Assembly (NCBI RefSeq): GCF_000341395.1
Contig: NC_020304.1
Span: 330,001-362,000 of the forward strand
Reading direction: 5' to 3'
DNA from: Desulfocapsa sulfexigens DSM 10523
GTDB lineage: Bacteria > Desulfobacterota > Desulfobulbia > Desulfobulbales > Desulfocapsaceae
Length of the DNA stretch: 32,000 nucleotides
Both the position numbers and the translations under genes were made by a program. This document shows positions 18,434-27,658 of the stretch, piece after piece. The notes under the pieces are model-generated. The model saw nothing but the letters and a program-made list of their open reading frames with translations, searched no databases and was not told the origin of the DNA. The first letter of the stretch is position 1. Each line of letters opens with the position of its first letter.

Positions 18434-19186
18434 CTACGCCTTTTTAATCAGCATGGTTGCGGGATCAAGACTCAAAGACTTCCCAGCATCAACGGAACAT
18501 GCTTCAGAACACTTCAACGTTTTCAGTCTGATTTCATCCTTCTCGGGAGATATCAGGAGAACTGTATCGAAAATATCGTCCACCTCATGACATGGTGCAG
18601 GAACACCATTGGCACTGACGCGATTATCGTCACGATGACTGACAGCAGAAAACCAGATCATTTTCAGATCATTTTGTTTCATAAAGCTCTTCAATTCACC
18701 TAAGGCAGCAGCACTGCCAGCTCCAGCAAAATCAAAGCCATCAATAACCAGACAATCAGCCTTGAAGATTCCCTGCTGAGAAAGGTCTTCCATGCGCTCC
18801 TCAAGAGTTGCAACACTGAAACTGTTCTCCTTGAATGTCATAATCATTCGATTCTGCATTACTTCGTCAACAATCTGCTGGTAACTCCCAATGCTCTTGT
18901 CCTGATGATTCATCAGAGAAAGAATATCGTCATACCAGGTTTTGGTTTTTTCCAAACCTTCACCGATGGCGACATGGAGAACTTTGTTTTCCCGGAGCAT
19001 GGAATCCATAGCAATCTGTACCAGAATTGCTGTTTTCCCGAGACCGGCACGCGCCATAACCAGGCCAACGCGACGGCCATCATTACCATCTTCTTTTTCA
19101 AGGCCTAAAGCCCGTAACGGATTGTTTGATACCAGGTCTTCTTTTCCCATGGCAATACCTCTTATATAGTCATTTGCGGCAGCCAT
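18434..19186 (-). CDS. RecA/KaiC/DnaB-like P-loop ATPase of unknown function
   Basis: 'VGLVMARAGLGKTAILVQIAMDSMLRENKVLHVAIGEGLEKTKTWYDDI' (Walker A), 'ADCLVIDGFDF' (Walker B-like). True start may be an internal Met. Confidence 0.7.
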   Translation of the reverse strand: MAAANDYIRGIAMGKEDLVSNNPLRALGLEKEDGNDGRRVGLVMARAGLGKTAILVQIAMDSMLRENKVLHVAIGEGLEKTKTWYDDILSLMNHQDKSIGSYQQIVDEVMQNRMIMTFKENSFSVATLEERMEDLSQQGIFKADCLVIDGFDFAGAGSAAALGELKSFMKQNDLKMIWFSAVSHRDDNRVSANGVPAPCHEVDDIFDTVLLISPEKDEIRLKTLKCSEACSVDAGKSLSLDPATMLIKKA

Positions 19187-19258
19187 TCAGGCTAGCCTTG
19201 ACAGACAGCAATACTGTCCGAAACAAAAATCATTGTACCTTATTCAGAACGGAAAACT

Positions 19259-21343
19259 CTATTTTTCTTTTTTCTCGTCCTGATATTTCTTCACAAGCTC
19301 TTCGCTGACACTCTTCGGAACAGGCTTAAAACTTGCGAACTCCATGGTAAACTCAGCCTTGCCCTGAGTCAGGGAACGCAGTGCTGTGGAATAACCAAAC
19401 ATTTCCGAAAGAGGAACTTCCGCTTCAACCACAGTATAGTTGCCTTCTTCCGTAGTACCGATAATCATACCACGACGCTGATTTATACTTCCCATAACAG
19501 ATCCCTGAAATTCAGAAGGCCCCTCAACAGCCACCTTCATAATGGGTTCCATAATTTTAGGTTTGGCTTTTGCATATCCTTCTCTGAAGGCACCAGCTGC
19601 AGCCAGCTGAAAAGCCACATCGGAGGAGTCAACGGCGTGAAAAGAGCCGTCATTAATAACACAGCGCACTCCGGTAACCGGTGAACCACAGAGAGTTCCC
19701 TTTGCCAGACTCTTTGCGAAACCTTTATCACAGGATGAAATAAACTCGCGCGGAATTGCTCCACCGACGATTTTATCCTCAAATTCATACTCACCCTCTT
19801 CCAGAGGCTCCATATAGCCGGCAACCCGACCAAACTGACCGGAACCACCAGTCTGTTTTTTGTGGGTGTAGTTAAATTCTGCACGGGCAGAAATGGTCTC
19901 GCGATAAGCAACCTGAGGAGCACCAACTTCAACTTCTGCATTGTACTCCCGTTTCATACGCTCGACATAGACTTCAAGGTGCAACTCACCCATTCCAGAA
20001 ATAATAGTCTCATTGGTCTCATGATCAACGAAGGTCTTGAAGGTCGGATCTTCTTTAGTAAAACGGTTAAGAGCCTTGGACATATTGATCTGAGCTTTAT
20101 TGTCAACGGGGAGAATGGCGAGTGAAATAACAGGTTCAGGGATATGCATGGAACTCATGGAACAAGTGATCTTACCATCGGTAAACGTATCACCGGAGGC
20201 ACAATCAACACCAAACAGAGCCACAATGTCACCAGAACCACAGGAGTCAATATCCTCCATGTCGTCGGAATGCATACGAACCAGACGCCCGACTTTTACC
20301 TTTTTACCGGTACGAACATTATAAATCGTATCACCCTTGGTCAGTCTGCCCTGATAGGTACGAACATAAGTGAGCTGACCATAACGTCCATCCTCCAGTT
20401 TGAAAGCCAGCATAACAAGAGGATCGTCATCATTATTTGACACCGGAAACTCTTCTTCATTTTTATCAAGATCAAGTCCAATATTCTCAACATCGGTGGG
20501 ACAGGGAAGATAGTACTCAACGGCATCCAGAAGTGGTTGAACAGCCTTGTTTTTATATGCCGAACCAATAAAAACAGGTGAAAATTCAAGGGCAAGTGTT
20601 CCCGCCCGAACAGCAGCCTTAACCATGTCAGATGTAATCTCAGTTTCCTCCAGCATGGCCTCCATCAGATCATCGGAAAACATGGAAACAGCATCAAGCA
20701 GTTCCTCACGTTTTGCATCTGCTGCATCCTGAAGTTCGGCTGGAATTTCTTCTTCACGAATAATTTCACCATTATCCCCATCGAAATAGAGTGCCTTCAT
20801 GGTGACCAGATCAACCACACCTGCGAGGTCATTTTCAAGGCCAATGGGAAGCTGCAGCATGTGTGCATTCAAGCCCAGTTTATCCTGAAGCTGTCGGGTT
20901 ACCCGCTCGGGATTGGCACCGGTACGATCACACTTGTTGATAAAGGAGATACGAGGGACATTGTAGCGATCCATCTGCCTGTTTACGGTAATGGACTGAG
21001 ACTGCACACCACCAACAGAGCAGAGAATAAGCACAGCACCATCGAGTACACGAAGGGCGCGCTCGACTTCCACAGTAAAGTCAACATGACCGGGAGTATC
21101 AATGATATTGATATTGTTTCCCTTCCAGTTACAATAAGTAGCTGCAGACTGGATGGTAATTCCACGCTCTCTCTCAAGTTCCATGGAATCCATTTTTGCA
21201 CCAACACCGTCTTTTCCACGAACATCATGGATGGCATGGATCCTGTCCGTATAAAACAGGATGCGCTCGGTCAAGGTTGTTTTCCCCGAATCAATATGGG
21301 CACTGATCCCTATGTTTCGCACGTTGCTTAAATCTACACTCAT
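19259..21343 (-). CDS. fusA: Translation elongation factor G, mitochondrial/spirochaete-type subfamily
   Basis: '[107 protein letters not shown]'; full length, 694 aa. Confidence 0.95.
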   Translation of the reverse strand: MSVDLSNVRNIGISAHIDSGKTTLTERILFYTDRIHAIHDVRGKDGVGAKMDSMELERERGITIQSAATYCNWKGNNINIIDTPGHVDFTVEVERALRVLDGAVLILCSVGGVQSQSITVNRQMDRYNVPRISFINKCDRTGANPERVTRQLQDKLGLNAHMLQLPIGLENDLAGVVDLVTMKALYFDGDNGEIIREEEIPAELQDAADAKREELLDAVSMFSDDLMEAMLEETEITSDMVKAAVRAGTLALEFSPVFIGSAYKNKAVQPLLDAVEYYLPCPTDVENIGLDLDKNEEEFPVSNNDDDPLVMLAFKLEDGRYGQLTYVRTYQGRLTKGDTIYNVRTGKKVKVGRLVRMHSDDMEDIDSCGSGDIVALFGVDCASGDTFTDGKITCSMSSMHIPEPVISLAILPVDNKAQINMSKALNRFTKEDPTFKTFVDHETNETIISGMGELHLEVYVERMKREYNAEVEVGAPQVAYRETISARAEFNYTHKKQTGGSGQFGRVAGYMEPLEEGEYEFEDKIVGGAIPREFISSCDKGFAKSLAKGTLCGSPVTGVRCVINDGSFHAVDSSDVAFQLAAAGAFREGYAKAKPKIMEPIMKVAVEGPSEFQGSVMGSINQRRGMIIGTTEEGNYTVVEAEVPLSEMFGYSTALRSLTQGKAEFTMEFASFKPVPKSVSEELVKKYQDEKKEK

Positions 21344-21415
21344 GTCTGCTACCCTCTACCAGATTCTTCCTGCCGGGAAACCCGGCTCAGCTCGCCTGGG
21401 ACGAACTTAATATGA

Positions 21416-21455
21416 AATAAAAAAATAAGGAGCCACAGTTTTCTGCAACTCCTTA
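21416..21455 (-). terminator. Rho-independent terminator on the minus strand
   Basis: TAAGGAG (21426-21432)/CTCCTTA (21449-21455) with an inner CAG-TTTT-CTG; followed on the minus strand by a T-rich tail (complement of ataaaaaaat). Confidence 0.6.
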
Positions 21456-21456
21456 C

Positions 21457-21669
21457 TCAACAATTTAAACAGACCAAAAATACTTTTTCTGCCAGATTCA
21501 CTAAAATATCCGGGAGATTAAGCACTTCAAATCCCCCCTCAAGACCATTCATGGCAAGAAAAAACTCCCAATGATACCCTATTTGCCATTTCAAGGGAAG
21601 TTTTTTTTTCCCTATCCCCAAGGCAACCCTTTTCAACACGCGCTCTGCCCCTATTTCTTGACTTTTCAA
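21457..21669 (-). other. Possible small protein gene or small RNA immediately upstream of a terminator
   Basis: 70-aa ORF (MKSQEIGAERVLKRVALGIGKKKLPLKWQIGYHWEFFLAMNGLEGGFEVLNLPDILVNLAEKVFLVCLNC) whose stop lies just before the 21455-21426 terminator stem. Confidence 0.3.
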
Positions 21670-21738
21670 CCCATTCTCTCATAACCTTACAATAGCAAAC
21701 AAGAAATCCCGTTTACCAAGAGAAGAAAAGTGGCCTTT

Positions 21739-23784
21739 ATGCAAGACATCATGACTATCTGTAATTACTGTGGCTGCGGCTGCGGCGTGTATCTTCGTGT
21801 CGAAGAGGGCCTTGTTGTGGGTTCTCACCCCAGCAGAAGTCACCCCATCAGTCGTGGTAATCTCTGTTCCAAGGGATGGCACCTTCATGAATTTATCCAC
21901 TCTCACAAACGACTGAAAGAACCATTACTCAGGCAAAACGGCATACTTCAAGAGGTAAGCTGGGATGAAGCTCTGGATTTTACTGCCGCAGCACTTCTCC
22001 ATGCAAAAGAAACAACCGGTCCCGACAGCATAGGTGTGCTTTCGAGCGCAAAATGCAGTAACGAAGAAAACTATCTCCTCCAGAAACTCACCCGGGCCGG
22101 GCTCGGCACCAACAATATTGATCACTGCGCACGACTCTGACATTCTTCCACTGTGGTAGGTCTTGCCACAAGCTTTGGATCCGGTGCCATGACAAATTCC
22201 ATTGGTGAACTCATTGATGCCGACGTCCTTCTCATCACCGGTTCCAATACCACGGAGACCCACCCTCAGATTGGCCGTAATATATTAGAAGCTGTGGATC
22301 GCGGGGCAAAACTGCTCGTCATCGATCCACGCAAAACAGATATTGCCAGACAGGCTGATATCCATCTTGCACTCCGTCCGGGAACCGATATTGCCCTGAT
22401 CAATGCCATGATGCGTATCATCCTTGACGAAGATCTTGCCGACGATCTTTTTATCTCCATGCGCACGGAGAATTTCATCGCTCTTCGTGACTATCTCCAT
22501 CGTCTTGATCTTGATGAGCTGGCACGCATCACAGAAATCGACCGTGCCACAATCCGCGAAGCTGCCTGCATCTACGCCAGAAGCAGCAAATCCGTTATCT
22601 GCTACTGCCTTGGAGTCACTCAACATACCTGCGGCACTGATAATGTTCAGGCCGTGGCCAACCTTGCCATGCTCACCGGCAATGTCGAAAAAAAGCATAG
22701 TGGGGTTGATCCCCTTCGTGGCCAGAACAACGTTCAGGGTGCCTGTGATATGGCAGCACTTCCAGCGGTATTGCCTGGCTATCAAAGCCTTGCCGACCTT
22801 GAGGTGCAAAAGCGTTTTCGAGATGTCTGGAAGCATGACGTCCCGACTACTCCCGGAAAAAGCCTGACAGAAATGACCCATTCTGGAAAAGATGGAGCCA
22901 TTAAAGCCATGTTTATCATGGGCGAAAACCCGGCACTCAGCGATCCCCACTTGAACCGTGTGAAAACCACCCTGGAGAATCTCGACTTTCTGGCAGTATC
23001 CGACATATTTCTCACTGAAACGGCACAGCTCGCCGATGTGGTTTTTCCTGCCGCCTCCTTTGCTGAAAAGGGTGGCACCATCACCAACTCCGAACGAAGG
23101 GTACAGATTTGCCGACGTGCCATTCCCCCCATCCACAATTGTCGCCCTGACAGCCACATCATCATGGATCTCGGAAAACGTATTGGCTGCCCCGGCATGG
23201 ACTTTGACAGCGATGCCGAAATAATGGAAGAGATCAGTCTGCTCACCCCCATCTATGGAGGCATGCATCACGACAGACTTGCCCGGAACCACGGCCTGCA
23301 ATGGCCCTGCCTTGATCGGAATCATCCCGGCACCGAATTCCTTCACAAGTATTATTTCGCCAGGGGAAAAGGCCGGTTCACCATCACCAGACACCAGGAG
23401 CCCTACGAGAAGACAGAAAAGAAATACCCATTCACCCTCGTCACCGGCCGTGGCTCCTATCACCACTATCACACGGCAACCATGAGCAGAAATTCCAAAC
23501 GACTGGTACGAGAATATCCGCTGGCTTTGCTTGAAATCAACAGAGCAGACTGTGAAAAATTGCAACTGAAAGACGGCGAGACCGTTGAACTCAGCTCAAA
23601 ACGCGGGACAGTGCGGATAACCACTCAGGTCACCGATCGCGTCAAACCAGGTACTGTCTTTTCCTCCTTCCACTTTTTTGAAGTTCCCATCAATGAGCTC
23701 ACCGTTGATGCCATGGATCCGAAATCAAAATGCCCGGAATTTAAAGTCTGTGCAGTACAACTCAAAAAGGTGGCTCATGATTGA
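21739..23784 (+). CDS. fdhA: Selenocysteine-containing formate dehydrogenase catalytic subunit (Mo/W-bisMGD)
   Basis: The track splits this at an in-frame TGA (22138-22140). Both halves are in the same frame and read MQDIMTICNYCGCGCGVYL...[70 protein letters not shown]..., the U-H context of Sec formate dehydrogenases. An upstream in-frame GTG at 21730 is also possible. Confidence 0.93.
22138..22170 (+). promoter_or_regulatory. UGA (Sec) codon and bacterial SECIS-like hairpin
   Basis: TGA 22138-22140, then stem TGTGGTA (22152-22158), loop GGTCT (22159-22163), stem TGCCACA (22164-22170). The GGUCU apical loop matches the E. coli fdhF SECIS loop. Confidence 0.85.
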
Positions 23785-24826
23785 TTTAAAAGAGCTGATT
23801 CTGAGCAAGGACAACCTCTATCCGCTGCTGCGTAAACTAAGGAAGGAAGCCCGACTCATTGCACCGGTAAAAAACGAACACGGGGACACCCTCTTCAGAC
23901 CTGTTGGCGACATAGATACAACGGATATCGATCTGGAAAATCAGCCACAGGAATCTCTCAAACCTTTCTTCCTTCCCCAACAGGAAACACTTACCGGATA
24001 CACAATTAACAAGGGTGAGTACAGTTTCAGCCCGCCGCCCCCTGCCAAGAACACCATCTTCTTTGGTGTCAGATCCTGTGATCTTACTGCCCTTCTCTAC
24101 ATGGACCTTATTTTTTCCAAACCATTCAAAGACGCCACCTATTTTGACAGGCGTAACCATTCACTCATAATTACCCTGGGCTGCAACCAGCCATTTGCCA
24201 ACTGCTTTTGCGAAGCCACGGGCAGCGGTCCATACCTGGAATACGGCTATGGCCTCCAATTTATTGACATTGGAGATCGCTACTACGTCTCGGCAGGTAG
24301 GGGGAAAGGAGCCGACCTCCTTAACAAATGGAGTTATTTTTTTCGTGAAGTTGAGGAAGAAGATCAAAATCGTCGATACCAGCTCTTTCTCGAAGCCCGG
24401 GGACAGTTCACCAGAAATATCCAGGTGCCCCATGCCTGCCGAAAGCTGCAGCAGGAACCTGTGGCTGAAGCAATATGGGAAAAACTCTCCAGCCGTTGCT
24501 ATGATTGTGGCGGCTGCGCCTATGTCTGTCCCACATGTACCTGTTTTTCTGTGGATGACAAACCACAGGACAACAACAGCGGAATCCGGGTTCGAAGCTG
24601 GGACGCCTGCACCAGTAGTGGTTTTACCAGAATGACTGGAGGCCACAATCCTGTCGACCGCACCCGCCATGCCCTGAAAAGACGTTTTCTCCATAAACTG
24701 AAGCATGATTTTGCAAGTCACGGGAAAGCCTCCTGTACTGGGTGTGGACGCTGCATAGATATCTGTTTTGGTGGTGTCGACATCACCACTTTTATTGAGT
24801 TGTTCACACAGCAGGAGAAACCATGA
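23777..24826 (+). CDS. 4Fe-4S dicluster electron-transfer subunit (sulfhydrogenase beta/AsrA-like)
   Basis: Likely start ATG 23777 (overlaps the fdhA stop). 'FFGVRSCDLTALLYMDLIF', 'CYDCGGCAYVCPTCTCF', 'CTGCGRCIDICFGGVDI'. Confidence 0.85.
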   Translation: MIDLKELILSKDNLYPLLRKLRKEARLIAPVKNEHGDTLFRPVGDIDTTDIDLENQPQESLKPFFLPQQETLTGYTINKGEYSFSPPPPAKNTIFFGVRSCDLTALLYMDLIFSKPFKDATYFDRRNHSLIITLGCNQPFANCFCEATGSGPYLEYGYGLQFIDIGDRYYVSAGRGKGADLLNKWSYFFREVEEEDQNRRYQLFLEARGQFTRNIQVPHACRKLQQEPVAEAIWEKLSSRCYDCGGCAYVCPTCTCFSVDDKPQDNNSGIRVRSWDACTSSGFTRMTGGHNPVDRTRHALKRRFLHKLKHDFASHGKASCTGCGRCIDICFGGVDITTFIELFTQQEKP

Positions 24827-25659
24827 ATAAAAATTTCATTCCTGCCCAGGCCATCATCCGGGAAATTATCCGGGAAAATGAACAGATCGCCACATTTCGT
24901 CTGGAACTGACGAACAAGCGTCTCCCCTTCACCTTTCTTCCCGGCCAGTTTCTTATGCTCTCGGTACCCCATTGTGGGGAGGCGGCCATATCCATCTCAT
25001 CTTCACCGGACAGGCTGCCACTCGTAGATCTCTCTATTCGCAGGGCCGGTGAACTCACGACAGCCATCCACGGAATGAAAAAAGGAGATCAGGTCGGAAT
25101 ACGAGGCCCCTTTGGTAAGGCCTTTCCCATCGAAGACTTTGCGAACCGGGATCTCCTCTTTGTAGCCGGAGGAATTGGTCTGGCTCCGCTCAAAAGCGTC
25201 ATTGACCACTGCCTTTTTCAGAGCGGTCTTGAGGAAGACGCGGTGCAGAGCATCACCCTCCTCTACGGCAGCAGAACACCGTCAGATATCGCCTTCAAAC
25301 AGGCGATAGAGTCGTGGCAGAAGCAGGGAGTGGATTGCAGACTAACGGTGGACGAAAAAGACAGCACCTGGAACGGCCATGTGGGGCTGGTAACAGAACT
25401 ACTCACAGATGTCACCATAACCGGCAACACGAAGGCCCTTGTCTGCGGCCCCCCCATCATGATCCGCTTTGTCATTGCCAGCCTTGCCGATCTGGGCTGT
25501 GGCGACGAGTCAATTTTCACAACTCTCGAACGCCATATGAAATGCGGCATGGGGATTTGCGGGCACTGCCATCTGGACGGCAGGCTGATCTGTCTTGATG
25601 GCCCGGTTTTCAATGTGAGTCAGTTAAAAAAACTTGATGTAATGGAGTTTGCCAGATGA
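24823..25659 (+). CDS. FAD/NAD(P)-binding electron-transfer subunit (sulfhydrogenase gamma/PyrK/AsrB-like)
   Basis: ATGA overlap with the previous gene. 'FLPGQFLMLSVPHCGEAAISISS', 'VGIRGPFGKAFPIEDFANRDLLFVAGGIGLAPLKSVI', C-terminal 2Fe-2S cysteines 'ERHMKCGMGICGHCHLDGRLICLDGPVF'. Confidence 0.88.
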   Translation: MNKNFIPAQAIIREIIRENEQIATFRLELTNKRLPFTFLPGQFLMLSVPHCGEAAISISSSPDRLPLVDLSIRRAGELTTAIHGMKKGDQVGIRGPFGKAFPIEDFANRDLLFVAGGIGLAPLKSVIDHCLFQSGLEEDAVQSITLLYGSRTPSDIAFKQAIESWQKQGVDCRLTVDEKDSTWNGHVGLVTELLTDVTITGNTKALVCGPPIMIRFVIASLADLGCGDESIFTTLERHMKCGMGICGHCHLDGRLICLDGPVFNVSQLKKLDVMEFAR

Positions 25660-27647
25660 ATACAACACAGGAAACCAGCACTGTTACCTTTCTTCCTGCC
25701 AATAAAAGTATCACAGTGAAAAACAGAAGCACTCTTATGGAGGCAGCCAGGACAGCTGGCGTACATATCAACGCATCCTGCGGTGGTGCAGGGGTCTGCG
25801 GAAAATGCCGGGTAATTATTGAGCAGGGCATGGTGACAGGTGGAGAAAGTGAAAAGCTCTCAGCTACAGAATATGTGCGGGGCTACCGACAGGCATGCAC
25901 GGCAGAGATCAGTCATGACATCACCGTACGCGTTCCTGAAGAATCAGGACGCCAGAAAGGGGGATTAAGTACTGACATTCCCCTTCGCCACCATGCCCGT
26001 ATGCACGTCTTTAATATTGATGAACTCAAGGAGGCAGGCATCTTCTACCCACCGGTGGAAAAACTCTGTCTGGAACTCTTGAAACCTGATGCAAACGACA
26101 ATCGGGCCGATGTAGGACGTCTGATCCAGGGCCTGGCTGATCAGCACAACAAGCATCGACTTGTCACCGGCCTTCCCGTTATGCGGAAAATCAGAGCTGC
26201 ACTGCGGGAAAAAAATTTTCTGGTCACGGTAACCCTGGAACAACCCGTGAACAACAAATCAAAGAGTCACCTCCTTAACATTCAACCGGGCAGATGGGAT
26301 CACCGCAACTTCGGCCTTGCCATTGATATTGGCACCACCACCATCCATGGAGTTTTAATCGATCTTTACAGTGGCAAGATCCTGGCTAAGGATTCCTGCT
26401 ATAATCCTCAAATGAGCTATGGTGAAGATGTCATTTCACGAATCATCTACGCTGAAAAGCCAAAAGGCCTTGCCATGATGCAGGATCTGGTGGTGGAAGC
26501 TATCAACACGCTTATTGGAAACATGCTCAACAAAGCTGTCCCCCCAGAGAATAGCGGCCATGGTGCCATAAGCCGGGATGAAATTAACTCCATCACCATC
26601 GCTGGTAACACCACCATGACCCATCTGCTCCTGCAACTGGAGCCAGACAATATCAGACGTTCCCCCTATGTCCCTGTTTCCACATTTTTTCCTCCCCTGC
26701 GTGCAGCCGACCTCGGGATTGAGTTGCCGCAACACTGTGTATCCCTCCTCTTTCCTGCAATATCAAGCTATGTGGGTGGTGACATCGTGGCGGGAGTCAT
26801 GGGATCCGGTATGTACCGTACAGAACTACTCACCCTGTTTATCGATGTGGGCACCAATGCGGAAATTGTTATCGGCAACAGGGAATGGCTTGCCTGTGCC
26901 GCCTGTTCGGCGGGGCCTGCCTTTGAGGGAGGAGGAATCACCCACGGCATGCGGGCAGTGGAAGGTGCCATCAGTGATTTCAGCCTCAACCCTGAAACCC
27001 TTGAGCCAATGAATGTAACCGAGGGCAACAAGGCTCCCATCGGTATCTGCGGTTCTGGTCTTCTTATCATTGTCGCCACCCTCTTTGAACACGGCGTCCT
27101 CAACCAGAGCGGAAAATTTAACGACCTTGACTCATCCCGCATTCGCAAAGGACGAAGCGGTATGGAGTATGTACTGGCCTGGGAAGATGAATGTGCTGCA
27201 GGTCATGACATCGTGCTCAACGAAGTGGACATCGACAACTTTATCCGGGCAAAAGCGGCAATCTTTGCCGGGGTTTCGACCCTCATGGAACAGGTGGGGC
27301 TGGAGGTGGGTGACCTTGAACAGGTTATCCTGGCCGGAGGCTTCGGTTCTTTTATCGACCTTGACAGCGCCATGACCGTGGGTCTGCTGCCGGAGATAGA
27401 TCCTGACACAATTCTCTACGTGGGAAACGGCTCTCTGATGGGTGCCTGGATGAGTGAACTCTCCAACCATATCCGCCAGGATGTGGTTTCAGTGGTACGC
27501 AAGATGACAAGTTTTGAACTCTCGGAAGTCCCCAGCTTTAAGGATCAGTATGTGGCATCCATATTCCTGCCCCATACCGACCTCAGTCTTTTTCCCGGTG
27601 CTATGCAGCGAAGAGCTGCACGGACCCCACCCTCTATCCCACGGTAA
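25656..27647 (+). CDS. RACo-like protein: N-terminal 2Fe-2S ferredoxin plus ASKHA domain (DUF4445), corrinoid-activation family
   Basis: N-terminal 'NASCGGAGVCGKCRVIIEQG...RQACTAEI' (Cx5Cx2C), then ASKHA motifs 'FGLAIDIGTTTIHGVLIDLYSGK', 'IAGNTTMTHLLLQL', 'LFIDVGTNAEIVIGN', 'LAGGFGSFIDLDSAMTVGLLPEI'. ATGA overlap with the preceding gene. Confidence 0.88.
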   Translation: MNTTQETSTVTFLPANKSITVKNRSTLMEAARTAGVHINASCGGAGVCGKCRVIIEQGMVTGGESEKLSATEYVRGYRQACTAEISHDITVRVPEESGRQKGGLSTDIPLRHHARMHVFNIDELKEAGIFYPPVEKLCLELLKPDANDNRADVGRLIQGLADQHNKHRLVTGLPVMRKIRAALREKNFLVTVTLEQPVNNKSKSHLLNIQPGRWDHRNFGLAIDIGTTTIHGVLIDLYSGKILAKDSCYNPQMSYGEDVISRIIYAEKPKGLAMMQDLVVEAINTLIGNMLNKAVPPENSGHGAISRDEINSITIAGNTTMTHLLLQLEPDNIRRSPYVPVSTFFPPLRAADLGIELPQHCVSLLFPAISSYVGGDIVAGVMGSGMYRTELLTLFIDVGTNAEIVIGNREWLACAACSAGPAFEGGGITHGMRAVEGAISDFSLNPETLEPMNVTEGNKAPIGICGSGLLIIVATLFEHGVLNQSGKFNDLDSSRIRKGRSGMEYVLAWEDECAAGHDIVLNEVDIDNFIRAKAAIFAGVSTLMEQVGLEVGDLEQVILAGGFGSFIDLDSAMTVGLLPEIDPDTILYVGNGSLMGAWMSELSNHIRQDVVSVVRKMTSFELSEVPSFKDQYVASIFLPHTDLSLFPGAMQRRAARTPPSIPR

Positions 27648-27658
27648 AATAAAACACC

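Noticed and set aside
22285-23565. 426-aa minus-strand ORF listed in the track
   Set aside because: Lies wholly antisense to the confidently assigned fdhA; its translation shows no family motifs and looks like a codon-bias shadow ORF.
22153-23784. Treating this as a separate downstream gene with the first 411 nt as another gene
   Set aside because: The upstream ORF ends in an in-frame TGA with Sec context and a SECIS-like hairpin, so one selenoprotein explains both.
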